DNA of 64,000 nucleotides. Source: Myxococcota bacterium (GTDB lineage Bacteria > Myxococcota_A > UBA9160 > UBA6930). This document shows positions 48,135 through 57,122 of this stretch, in pieces. The notes beneath the pieces were generated by a model. It made no database searches, was not told where the DNA came from, and was given only the letters and a program-made list of their open reading frames with translations. Numbering within the stretch: the stretch's first letter is position 1; the number at the start of each line of letters is the position of its first letter. Made by a program: the position numbers and the translations under genes. Location of the stretch: NCBI GenBank assembly GCA_965223415.1, contig OZ245002.1:768001-832000 (forward strand). Reading direction: 5' to 3'.

Positions 48135-49605
48135 GGGGCCGGTTCCGTTTGTTTCGTTGTTGCGCTTCGGCGAGATCGACGAGGGGGCGGATCTTGTGGA
48201 GGGTCTCGGTCCACTCGTCGGCCGGGTCGGAGTCGGCGACGATGGCGCCGCCGGTGTGGAGGTGGAGGAGGCCGTCCCTGGCGAAGCCGGTGCGGATCAC
48301 GACGGAGAGGTCGCAGCCGCCGGCGACATCGAGGTAGCCCAGGGCGCCGGAGTAGAGGCCGCGGCGAACCGGCTCGAGGCCGGCCAGGAGCTCCATGGCG
48401 GCGAGCTTCGGCGCCCCGGTCATCGAGCCGGGAGGAAACGCGGCCGCCACCGCGTCGAGCGCAGTCGCCCCCGACGCCAGGCGCCCGCGCACCGTCGACA
48501 CCATCTGGAAGACGCTGGCATAGGCCTCCACCGCCATCAGCTCGGGAACGTGGACGCTGCCGATCTCGCACACCCGGCCCAGATCGTTGCGCACCAGATC
48601 GACGATCATCAGGTTCTCGGCGCGATCCTTCGGCGACGCCACCAGCTCCCGCCGGAGGGCGCGATCGGTCTCCGGGTCACTGCCGCGGGGACGCGTGCCC
48701 TTGATCGGCCGGCTCTCCGCCCATCCGTCCGACGTCACCCGCAGGAAGCGCTCCGGAGAGCTACCGAGCACCGCCACGTCGGGAAGCTCGAGGTAGGCGC
48801 CGAAGGGCGCGGGGTTGCCCTCGCGCAGCGCAAGGTAGGCGTCCCACGGCGCCACCGGGAGCCGGTGGGACTCGCGCCGGGTGAGACACGCCTGGTACAC
48901 GTCCCCTGCCCGGATCCGCTCGAGCAGGAAGCGGATGGCCTTGGTGTAGTCCTGCGGCTCGTGGCTCCGGGCGGGCGGATCGCCGGGCGCGGGCGTCGCC
49001 CGCGGCGCAGTTCCGGCGCCGCAGCTCGCTTCGAGCTCCGCCGCTGCCGCCTCGGCCCGCTCCCGTGCCCGGTCCGGGGCCGGGTCGAAGCCGCACCCCA
49101 CCGCCCAGAGCCGCCCCTCCACGTGATCGAAGGCGAAGCAGCGATCCACGAACAGAAGACACAGGTCCGGAAGCCCGAGGTCGTCGCGAGCGGGTAGCGC
49201 GATGCGATCGAGCTGCTCCGCCAGCTCGTAGCCGAACACCCCGACGGCGCCGCCGCTGAAGGGGAGATCGAGGCGAGCCTCCGGCGCAGGCGGCAGGAGC
49301 GCCCGCAGCTGCCCGAGGGCGGGGCCGGCCCTCCGGTGCCTCCCCGGCTCCGGCCAATCGGGCCGTGCAGCGCGGTGCACGCGCAGCTCCCCGACCTCTC
49401 CGAAGCACTGCAACGTGCCGTAGGGCTCGGCTCCGGCGAACGACCAGCGACCGAGGGGCGGCCCCGTCTTGGCGCTGTCGAGCCAGAAGCGCCCCGCGGC
49501 GGGCAGCGCGCCCACGACACCCAGCCAGGCGGCATCCGGGTCGCCCGCCAGGGGAACCGGCCGCGCGACGACGGCGGTAAGGATCGCAGGGGGAGGGGAG
49601 GCCAA
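48127..49605 (-). CDS. pabB: aminodeoxychorismate synthase component I
   Basis: SSPERFL, SRPIKGTRPRG, KDRAENLMIVDLVRND, FPPGSMTGAPK. Confidence 0.88.
   Translation of the reverse strand: MASPPPAILTAVVARPVPLAGDPDAAWLGVVGALPAAGRFWLDSAKTGPPLGRWSFAGAEPYGTLQCFGEVGELRVHRAARPDWPEPGRHRRAGPALGQLRALLPPAPEARLDLPFSGGAVGVFGYELAEQLDRIALPARDDLGLPDLCLLFVDRCFAFDHVEGRLWAVGCGFDPAPDRARERAEAAAAELEASCGAGTAPRATPAPGDPPARSHEPQDYTKAIRFLLERIRAGDVYQACLTRRESHRLPVAPWDAYLALREGNPAPFGAYLELPDVAVLGSSPERFLRVTSDGWAESRPIKGTRPRGSDPETDRALRRELVASPKDRAENLMIVDLVRNDLGRVCEIGSVHVPELMAVEAYASVFQMVSTVRGRLASGATALDAVAAAFPPGSMTGAPKLAAMELLAGLEPVRRGLYSGALGYLDVAGGCDLSVVIRTGFARDGLLHLHTGGAIVADSDPADEWTETLHKIRPLVDLAEAQQRNKRNRPLA
48134..48160. repeat. 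degenerate single REP-like unit
   Basis: AAGGGGCCGGTTCCGTTTGTTTC resembles AAGGGGACGTTCCT. Confidence 0.4.
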
Positions 49606-49655
49606 GGATCGAACCTAACGGAGCCGCCCACCCCGCGATAGACTCGCCTTCTGCC

Positions 49656-50678
49656 ATGCCCGCCCCGCCCTTCTTTCCCGCCGCCCGTCGCGTCGACCTC
49701 CCCGCCCAGCAGGGCCCCGGCGGCGGCCTCGCCCTCTCGGTGCACGAAGCCGGCGAAGGCCCCGCCGTCGTGCTGTGCCACGGCTTCCCCGAGCTGGCCT
49801 ACAGCTGGCGCCACCAGATGGCACCCCTCGCCGAGGCCGGCTTCCGCGCCATCGCCCCCGACGCCCGCGGCTACGGCGCGAGCGACCGCCCCGAAGGCGT
49901 CGCCGCCTACGACATCCACCACCTCACCGGCGACCTGGTCGCGCTCCTCGACGCCCTCGGCATCGAGAAGGCCGTCTTCTGCGGCCACGACTGGGGCGGC
50001 TTCGTCGTCTGGGCCATGCCCGTCCTGCACCCCGAGCGCACCGCCGGCGTGATCGGCGTGAACACGCCCTACACGCCGCGCTCCCCCGTCGCCCCGACCG
50101 CGATGATGCGCACCCTCGTCGGCGGAAAGGACGAGCGCATGTACATCCTCTGGTTCCAGGAGCCCGGCGTCGCCGAAGGCGTCCTGGACCCCCAGGCCCG
50201 GCTCGTGTTCCAGAAACTGATGCGCAAGGCCGAGGACCCGGCGCAGACCGCCGCGCGCATGCTCGGCGACGACGGCCAGCTCGACATGAACCCCTTCCGC
50301 AAGCTCGAGACCCTGGAGGACGGCGAGCCGCTCCTCACCAAGAACGAGCTCGACGTCTTCGTCCGCACCTTCGAGCGCACCGGCTTCGGCGGCGGCATCC
50401 ACTGGTACCGCAACTTCGACCGCAACTGGGAGACCGCGCCCGACATCGGCGTCGCCAAAATCGAGGTGCCCTGCCTGATGGTCACCGCCGCCTGGGACGG
50501 CGCGCTGCGCCCGGAGATGGCCGCCGGCATGCCCTCCCTGATCCCGGACCTCGAGATGCACCAGATCGAGGAGTGCGGCCACTGGACCCAGCAGGAGAAG
50601 CCGGAAGAGCTGAACCGGCTCCTCGTCGACTGGCTCACCCGCCGCTTCGCGCCCTCCGGCTCAAGCCCCGGCGCCTGA
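49656..50678 (+). CDS. epoxide hydrolase (alpha/beta fold)
   Basis: HGFPE, GHDWGG, YILWFQ, WYRN, GHWTQQE. Confidence 0.9.
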   Translation: MPAPPFFPAARRVDLPAQQGPGGGLALSVHEAGEGPAVVLCHGFPELAYSWRHQMAPLAEAGFRAIAPDARGYGASDRPEGVAAYDIHHLTGDLVALLDALGIEKAVFCGHDWGGFVVWAMPVLHPERTAGVIGVNTPYTPRSPVAPTAMMRTLVGGKDERMYILWFQEPGVAEGVLDPQARLVFQKLMRKAEDPAQTAARMLGDDGQLDMNPFRKLETLEDGEPLLTKNELDVFVRTFERTGFGGGIHWYRNFDRNWETAPDIGVAKIEVPCLMVTAAWDGALRPEMAAGMPSLIPDLEMHQIEECGHWTQQEKPEELNRLLVDWLTRRFAPSGSSPGA

Positions 50679-50694
50679 GGCCGAAGGAACCCCG

Positions 50695-51546
50695 ATGCGC
50701 AGGGTCTGCATCTACCACGCCGGCTGCCCGGACGGCTTCGGCGCCGCCTGGGCCGCCTGGCGGGCCTGGGGCGGGGAGGCCGACTACATCGCCCGCGGCC
50801 ACGAGGACCCCCTGCGCCCGGCGAGCTTCGAGGACGCCCTCGTCGTCTTCGCCGACATCGCGCCGCCGGTGGCCCTGGTCCGCCCCCTCGCCGACGCCGC
50901 CGGCCACCTGGTCGTCCTCGACCACCACCTCTCCGCCATGGACCAGTACAAAGCCGAGCCCGGCCTGGTCGACGGCCTGCGCGGAAGCGGCCACCAGATC
51001 GTCTTCGAGCTCGGCCAGAGCGGCGCCGCCCTCTCCTGGCACCACTTCCACCCGGACGACGAGCTCCCGGAGCTCCTCGCCTACGTGCGGGACCAGGACC
51101 TGTGGAGCTGGAAGCTCCCCCACTCCCGCGAGGTGAACGCCGCCATCGGCTCCTACCCGCGCGCCTTCGACGCCTGGCAGGCCATGGCCGCCCGCCCCAT
51201 CGCCGAGCTGGTCGCCGAAGGCACCTCCCTGGTGCGCGCCCAGGACATCGAGGTCGAGCGCTCCCTCCACGGCGCCCACCCGGTGAGCCTCGGCACCCTC
51301 CGCGTCGAAGCCGTCAACGCCCGCGAGCACCGCAGCCTGATCGGCCACGAACTCGCCACCCGCGCCCGCTTCGGCACCCCCTGTGGCGCCGTCTACCGCC
51401 TCACCGGCACCCGCGTCGACGTCTCGATCTACTCCACCGGCGACTACGACGTCGCCGCCATCGCCCGCCAGCTCGGCGGCGGGGGACACCGGAACGCGTC
51501 GGGGTTCTCGGTGACGTTGGAGGAGTGGCTGGCGAAGTTCGTGTAG
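50695..51546 (+). CDS. DHH/DHHA1 phosphoesterase (nanoRNase-like)
   Basis: YHAGCPDG, LDHH, DQDLW, GGGGHRNASG. Confidence 0.88.
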   Translation: MRRVCIYHAGCPDGFGAAWAAWRAWGGEADYIARGHEDPLRPASFEDALVVFADIAPPVALVRPLADAAGHLVVLDHHLSAMDQYKAEPGLVDGLRGSGHQIVFELGQSGAALSWHHFHPDDELPELLAYVRDQDLWSWKLPHSREVNAAIGSYPRAFDAWQAMAARPIAELVAEGTSLVRAQDIEVERSLHGAHPVSLGTLRVEAVNAREHRSLIGHELATRARFGTPCGAVYRLTGTRVDVSIYSTGDYDVAAIARQLGGGGHRNASGFSVTLEEWLAKFV

Positions 51547-51627
51547 GGAGCGAGCGGGGTCCGGAGCCCTTCCCCACGAGGTGTAGCCCGCGAAGGAGCG
51601 AGAAGCTCCGTAGGAGATGGATCCCCC

Positions 51628-52119
51628 ATGGAGAAGGGAACCGTGCGTCTCCGCGAGTTCCTCGACGCGGAGGGCATCGACGACGAGATGAGCCACCACC
51701 CACGCGACATCCGGGCCGAGGCCACGGCGGAGCACACCCACACGCCGCCGGGGGAGTTCGCCAAGAGCGTATTCCCGTGGATCGACGGCCAGCCGGCGCT
51801 GGCGGTGGTGTCGGCCAGCCACGGGGTGGCGTTGGCGCGGCTGCGGGATGCGGTGGGAGCCCGCGAGGTGCACGTGGCCACCGAGAGCGACATGCAGCGC
51901 TTCTTCCTGGACTGCGAGATCGGCGCCGCGCCGCCCTTCGGCAATCTCTTCGACGTGCCGGTGTACGCGAGCACGGCGCTCTCGGAGGACGAGACGATCA
52001 CCTTCAACGGCGGCGATCACGAGCACGCCTTCCGCGTTTCCTGGAAGGACTTCGAGCGGGTGGCGCGGCCGAGGATCGTCGCCATGGCGAAGCACGATCC
52101 GCCGGCGCCGGACGCCTGA
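51628..52119 (+). CDS. YbaK/EbsC aminoacyl-tRNA deacylase family protein
   Basis: FAKSV, DCEIGAAPPFG, FNGGDH. Confidence 0.88.
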   Translation: MEKGTVRLREFLDAEGIDDEMSHHPRDIRAEATAEHTHTPPGEFAKSVFPWIDGQPALAVVSASHGVALARLRDAVGAREVHVATESDMQRFFLDCEIGAAPPFGNLFDVPVYASTALSEDETITFNGGDHEHAFRVSWKDFERVARPRIVAMAKHDPPAPDA

Positions 52120-52125
52120 CCGGGC

Positions 52126-52572
52126 TCAGCCCCCGAGCAGCAGCCAGAGCGCGACGGCGACCGTGTAGAAGGTGAGGCTGGCGCCGAGGAGCGCCGCGAC
52201 GCGGGGCGCTCGCGGCACGGAGGCGGCGGGGTCGGCGCTCTCGCGGTGCAGCCGCGCCGCCTCGAAGACGGCACCGAGGGCCCGGTCCTCGGGCACGCCG
52301 GCCAGGCGCAGCTCGCCGCGCACGTCCGTCAGGCGGTGGCCCAGGTCGAAGCTCTCGAGGGCGTAGAGCGTGCAGGCCATCTCGGCGGCGGGTCCGGGTG
52401 CCAGGCCCTGGTCGCGGAGGCTCTTCTCCATGCGGCGCACGCCGCAGCGCCGAGCGAGCGGGTGGCGCAGCACCAGGTCGGCGGAGAGTGCGCTGGCGGC
52501 GCGGGCGGGCATGCCCTGCTCGCCGAGGGCGGCGGCCAGAGCTTCGGGACGGCTGGGGCTGCCGGAGGCCAT
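52126..52572 (-). CDS. hypothetical protein with C-terminal TM anchor
   Basis: Helical ORF ending in a hydrophobic stretch. Confidence 0.6.
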   Translation of the reverse strand: MASGSPSRPEALAAALGEQGMPARAASALSADLVLRHPLARRCGVRRMEKSLRDQGLAPGPAAEMACTLYALESFDLGHRLTDVRGELRLAGVPEDRALGAVFEAARLHRESADPAASVPRAPRVAALLGASLTFYTVAVALWLLLGG

Positions 52573-52621
52573 GGCCCACGGATCGGCCGGGCGCGGGCGG
52601 GGCTGAAGGGGTGGCGAGTGC

Positions 52622-53029
52622 CTACTCGTGCCGGGGCACGTGGCAGTACTCGCAGGCCCCGGAGAGCTGGCCCGCCCAGAAGTAGTTGGGCGGGCTCCAG
52701 CGGGCGGCCTCGAGGGCGCGGTCGATGTCGGCCCGGAGCTCCGGCGCCGCCCGGTCGATGCGCGGGTGGCTCGAGTGCTCGCGGGGGGTGAGCTCCCGAA
52801 CGAGCTGTCGCATCTCGCTGAGCAGCGCCACGACGCGCTCGGGGTCCGGCGCCGGCTGGGCCATCTGCTCGTCCAGGGCGCGGATGCGCGCCGCCAGGTT
52901 GCCCATGGTGCCGCGGATCTCGCCCTCGCTGATGTAGTGGAAGTCCGGCGGGTAGGTGACGTGGCGGAGGGCCGCCGCCGAGCAGCCGAACGCCAGCCCG
53001 GCTGCTGCCAGAGCGATCCAGAGCCTCAT
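52622..53029 (-). CDS. class II (cytochrome c'-like) c-type cytochrome lipoprotein
   Basis: Lipobox AFGC, helical body, C-terminal CEYCH. Confidence 0.78.
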   Translation of the reverse strand: MRLWIALAAAGLAFGCSAAALRHVTYPPDFHYISEGEIRGTMGNLAARIRALDEQMAQPAPDPERVVALLSEMRQLVRELTPREHSSHPRIDRAAPELRADIDRALEAARWSPPNYFWAGQLSGACEYCHVPRHE

Positions 53030-53049
53030 CCCTTCCCCCCTTCTTCCCT

Positions 53050-53331
53050 CTATTCCCGTTGCTCCCACTGCGCCGGCGTGAGCGTGCGCAGGGAGAGCGC
53101 GTGGATCCATTCGTCCATCTCGTCGCGGAGCGCGTCGAAGACGAGGCGCTGGGCCGCGACCCGGTTCAGGCCGTCGAAGCGATCCGAGACGACGAGCGCC
53201 CGGAAGTGGCCCTTGCCGTCCCGGGCGCCGGCGTGGCCCGCGTGGAGGTGGCTCTCGTCCACCACCTCCACGTGGCTCGCGGCCAGCCGCTCGCGAAGCA
53301 CTCCCTCCAGGCGCTCGCCGCGTTCGCTCAC
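53050..53331 (-). CDS. bolA: BolA family protein
   Basis: DESHLHAGH, GHFRALVVSDRF, IHALSL. Confidence 0.9.
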   Translation of the reverse strand: MSERGERLEGVLRERLAASHVEVVDESHLHAGHAGARDGKGHFRALVVSDRFDGLNRVAAQRLVFDALRDEMDEWIHALSLRTLTPAQWEQRE

Positions 53332-53334
53332 CCT

Positions 53335-54489
53335 CTAGGGATCCTTCGGCAGGCCGAGGATGCGCTCGGCGATGATGTTGCGCTGGATGTTCGGCGTGCC
53401 GCCGCCGATCACGACCTCCGGCCAGCCGAGGGCCATGCGCTGCCACTTGCCGTCGTCGGGCACGGCGTCCGCGCCCTTCGCCAGCGGCCCGCGGCTGCCC
53501 TGGATCTCGAGGGCGAGCTCGCCCAGCTCCACCTCGAGCTCGGCGCGGTGGAGCTTGTTCACCGAGGTCTCGCTGCCGAGCTTCTCGCCCTTGAGCTGGG
53601 CGGTGAGGTAGCGCATGCCGTTCAGGCGCATGGCCTCGATGCGCGCGTCGGCCCGGGCGATGCGGCGGCGGATGCCCGGATCCTCGGCGGCCGGCCGCCC
53701 GTTCTTCTTGCAGCGGCGGGCCAGGTCCCGGACGTCCTCGAGGCTTCGCTGGAGGCCCTGCACCTCGGCGATGCTCGAGCGCTCGTGGGCGAGGGCGGAG
53801 ACGGTGACCTTCCAGCCCTGCCCTTCCTCGCCGAGCCGGTTCGCGACCGGGACCTTCACGTCGTCGAAGAACACCTCGGCGAAGACCGCGCCGCCGGTCA
53901 TGTTGCGGATCGGGCGCACGGTGATGCCGGGGGTGTCCATCGGCACGAGCAGGCAGGTGATGCCATCGTGCTTGGAGCCGTCGCCGCTCGTGCGCACGAG
54001 GAGAATGATCCACTGGGACCACATGGCGATGGACGTCCAGATCTTCTGGCCGTTCACCACGTAGTGGTCGCCATCCCGCTCCCCCTTGCACTTGAGGGAC
54101 GCGAGATCGCTGCCCGAGTCGGGCTCCGAGTAGCCGGTGCACCACTGGACCTTGCCGTCGAGGATGTCGGGGATGTAGGTCTGCTTCTGCTCCTCGGTGC
54201 CGTACTCGATCACCGCCGGGCCGACCCAGGCCAGGCCCATGAAGCAGGTGCCGAGGGCGGGGGCGTGGGCCTTCGCCATCTCGTCCTTCAGGATCACCTG
54301 CTGGGCGATGCCACCGCCGCCGCCGCCGACCTCTTCGGGCCAGGAGAAGCCGACCCAGCGCTTGGCGCGCACGGCCCGGTGCCAGGCGTGGATCTCCTCC
54401 GGCGTGCCGCTCTTGGGCAGGTGCTCCTCGATGAAGGCGCGCACCTCGGCGCGGAAGGCCTCCTCCTCGGGCGTGAAGTCGAAGTCCAT
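53335..54489 (-). CDS. acyl-CoA dehydrogenase
   Basis: WCTGYSEPDSGSDLASL, IGGGTPNIQRNIIAERILGLP. Confidence 0.92.
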   Translation of the reverse strand: MDFDFTPEEEAFRAEVRAFIEEHLPKSGTPEEIHAWHRAVRAKRWVGFSWPEEVGGGGGGIAQQVILKDEMAKAHAPALGTCFMGLAWVGPAVIEYGTEEQKQTYIPDILDGKVQWCTGYSEPDSGSDLASLKCKGERDGDHYVVNGQKIWTSIAMWSQWIILLVRTSGDGSKHDGITCLLVPMDTPGITVRPIRNMTGGAVFAEVFFDDVKVPVANRLGEEGQGWKVTVSALAHERSSIAEVQGLQRSLEDVRDLARRCKKNGRPAAEDPGIRRRIARADARIEAMRLNGMRYLTAQLKGEKLGSETSVNKLHRAELEVELGELALEIQGSRGPLAKGADAVPDDGKWQRMALGWPEVVIGGGTPNIQRNIIAERILGLPKDP

Positions 54490-55607
54490 CACAGGCCTCC
54501 GAGAGCGGCGACGCGCTCGTAGTGGTGGTCGGCGTCGCCGAAGATCGGGCGCACCCACTTGGCGCGCTTCAGGTAGAGATGGGCGTCGTACTCCCAGGTG
54601 TAGCCGATGCCGCCGTGGAGCTGGACGCCGTCGATGCCGATGCGCGGGAAGGCCTCGCTGGCGTAGGCCTTGGCGCGGGAGGCGGCGAGGGGGAGATCGG
54701 CGTGGCCTTCGTCGATGCACCAGGCCGCGTAGTAGACGAGGGACTTGAAGGACTCGACGTCGACGTACATCTCGGCCAGGGGGTGCTTCACGCCCTGAAA
54801 GGTGCCGATGGGGCGCCCGAACTGGATGCGCTCCTTCGCGTAGCCGGTCGTGAGGCGGAGTGCGGCCTCGGCGGCGCCGACGGCCTCGGCGGTAACCGCC
54901 GTGGCACCGGCGTCGAAGAGGCGGGCCACGGCCGCGGCATCGCCGTTCGCGAGGATCGCGTCCCCGGCGATCTCCACGTTCTCGAGCCGCAGGCGGCCGA
55001 GCCGCTTGGTGAGGTCGATGCCCGGCCAGTCGCTGGCGCGTACGCCTGTCTGAGCCTTCTCGACGACGGCCAGGACCAGCTCGCCCTCGCGGCGGAAGGC
55101 CACGACGAAGAGATCGGCCGCAGCGGCGTTCTGCACGAAGAGCTTCTCGCCGGAGAGGACGACGCCGTCGCCCTGCGGGCGGGCGGCGAGCTGGATGCCC
55201 GCGGGCCCGGGCGTGTCGTCCTCCTCGATCAGGGCGACGCTGCCGATGGTGGTGCCGTTCGCGAGGCCGGGCAGGTAGCGCGCCCGTTGGGCGTCGCTGC
55301 CGGCCTGGGAGATCGCGTCGGCCGCGAGCGTGGTCGCGACGAGCGGCGAGGGGAAGAGGCTGCGACCGGTCTCCTCCAGCACGACGACCAGGTCGACCCA
55401 GCCGAGGCCGGCGCCGCCGTGGGCCTCGGGCACGACCAGGCCCGTCCAGCCGAGCTCGGCGATCTGCTTCCAGAGGGCAGGGTCGTAGCCGGGGCCGGCC
55501 TCGTCCTCGGTCACGCGCCGCACGTCGTCGAGGGGCGCCCGGGTGTCGAGGAGCTTGCGCACCTCGCTGCGGAGGAGCTCCTGCTCCTCGCTGAAGCCGA
55601 AGTTCAT
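54489..55607 (-). CDS. acyl-CoA dehydrogenase, short partner subunit
   Basis: MNFGFSEEQ, RIQFGRPIGTFQGVKH, HGGIGYTWE. Confidence 0.9.
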   Translation of the reverse strand: MNFGFSEEQELLRSEVRKLLDTRAPLDDVRRVTEDEAGPGYDPALWKQIAELGWTGLVVPEAHGGAGLGWVDLVVVLEETGRSLFPSPLVATTLAADAISQAGSDAQRARYLPGLANGTTIGSVALIEEDDTPGPAGIQLAARPQGDGVVLSGEKLFVQNAAAADLFVVAFRREGELVLAVVEKAQTGVRASDWPGIDLTKRLGRLRLENVEIAGDAILANGDAAAVARLFDAGATAVTAEAVGAAEAALRLTTGYAKERIQFGRPIGTFQGVKHPLAEMYVDVESFKSLVYYAAWCIDEGHADLPLAASRAKAYASEAFPRIGIDGVQLHGGIGYTWEYDAHLYLKRAKWVRPIFGDADHHYERVAALGGL

Positions 55608-55750
55608 GGGAGGGTCCGATCGCTGAGGGGGAGAGCGGGGGATGATCCGCAACCCCCGGGGAGGGGTCAAGCCCTGCGATTCCGGGCACTTGGCCATGCC
55701 TTGAATCTTTCCGACCGGGCCGCGTCGGAACCGGGCAGGAGGTTCCCAGC

Positions 55751-56119
55751 ATGATCCGATCCCGCCGTTCCGCTCGGGCCCTGGCCGCGGCCAGCGGCCT
55801 CGCCTTCCTGCTCTCCGCCGGCGGCGCCTCGGCGCACCACGACGACCACCGCAAGCGCCGCCACCGCGTGGTCTACCACGACGACTACTGCAGCTCCCGC
55901 AGCGACTACCGGCATCACGACCGCTACGAGCGACGCCACCATCGCCGCCACCACCGCTACGAGCGACGCCGCGAGAGCTACTACTGCGAGCCCTGCGGCC
56001 ACCGCTTCCACTCCCGCCACAAGTTCCACCGCCACCTGAGCCACCACCACCACATCCCGCTGATCGCCCTCCCCTTCGTCATCGTGAAGAGCGCCCTCGG
56101 CTGGGTCTTCCACGGCTAG
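55751..56119 (+). CDS. secreted His/Arg-rich protein with C2H2 zinc-finger motif
   Basis: Signal peptide ending ASA; 21 His in 122 aa; YYCEPCGHRFHSRHKFHRHLSHH. Confidence 0.75.
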   Translation: MIRSRRSARALAAASGLAFLLSAGGASAHHDDHRKRRHRVVYHDDYCSSRSDYRHHDRYERRHHRRHHRYERRRESYYCEPCGHRFHSRHKFHRHLSHHHHIPLIALPFVIVKSALGWVFHG

Positions 56120-56126
56120 CCCAGAA

Positions 56127-56196
56127 CGCAAGAACGGGGACGTTCCTTGCATCTTGCGCAATTGCGCAAGATGCAAGGAACGTCCCCGTTCTTGCG
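56127..56196. repeat. perfect 70-bp palindrome (REP doublet)
   Basis: 35-nt arms exactly complementary, no loop; contains GGGGACGTTCCT. Confidence 0.95.
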
Positions 56197-56223
56197 CTTT
56201 TGCGGATTCGGTAGGGTGGGGGC

Positions 56224-56814
56224 GTGGAGCCGCGAGAGGTGCTCGACTACTGGTTCGACGGGGTCGGGGCGGACGGGGAGCCGGGCCCGGCGGCGGCGCG
56301 GCGATGGTTCGGCGGAGGGCGCGCCGTAGACGAGGAGATCCGCGAGCGCTTCGGGGACGCGACCGGCGAGGCGCTCCGGGGCGGCTTCGTCGCGTGGGAG
56401 AACGCGCCGCGCTCCCGGCTCGCGCTCGTGGTGATGCTCGATCAGTTCACGCGCAACCTGTACCGCGGGCGGGCCCAGGGGTTCGACGGGGACGGGCGCG
56501 CGCTCGCCCTCACGCGCGCGACCCTCGCGGCCGGAGAGGACGCGGAGCTCTCGCCGGTCGAGCGCTACTTCCTCTACATGCCACTCGAGCACGCAGAGGA
56601 CGCGGGCGCCCAGGACGAGGCGGTTCGCCGCTTCACCGCCCTCTCCGAGGAGCGACCGGGAAGCCGCTTCTTCGGCGGCGGCGGCGACTGGGCCGTCCGC
56701 CACCAGAGGACGATCGAGCGCTTCGGGCGCTTCCCGTCCCGCAACGCCGCGCTGGGCCGCGAGACGACCCAGGCCGAGGCCGCCTTCCTGCGGGAGAACC
56801 CGTCGGGGTTCTGA
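56224..56814 (+). CDS. DUF924 family protein
   Basis: VLDYWF, LDQFTRNLYR, FLYMPLEHAE, IERFGRFPSRN. Confidence 0.9.
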   Translation: MEPREVLDYWFDGVGADGEPGPAAARRWFGGGRAVDEEIRERFGDATGEALRGGFVAWENAPRSRLALVVMLDQFTRNLYRGRAQGFDGDGRALALTRATLAAGEDAELSPVERYFLYMPLEHAEDAGAQDEAVRRFTALSEERPGSRFFGGGGDWAVRHQRTIERFGRFPSRNAALGRETTQAEAAFLRENPSGF

Positions 56815-56822
56815 GAGCGCGC

Positions 56823-57035
56823 CTAGGACCGCTCGAAGTCGAGGCGGCGATCGCGCCAGATGATGCGGAGCAGCGGCGCCAGGATCACGAGTTCGCCCAC
56901 CAGCCAGAGCAGGACGGAGGCGCCCCCGCCGAAGTTCGGGTTCTCGGCGCCGAGCTGGGAGACCCCGACCGTCAGCCCCGCGGTCAGGACGAGCCACAGG
57001 ACGAAGAGCAGCAGGTTGATGAAGATCTGGACCAT
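56823..57035 (-). CDS. small two-TM membrane protein
   Basis: 70 aa, two hydrophobic helices, GAGG RBS. Confidence 0.6.
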   Translation of the reverse strand: MVQIFINLLLFVLWLVLTAGLTVGVSQLGAENPNFGGGASVLLWLVGELVILAPLLRIIWRDRRLDFERS

Positions 57036-57122
57036 GGAGACCTCGCTCGCGATGCGGGGCCCATCCTAGTCCATCCGCCGGCCACCCGGCACGGGCGCGG
57101 GCGGCCCGCCTAGACTCGCCCC

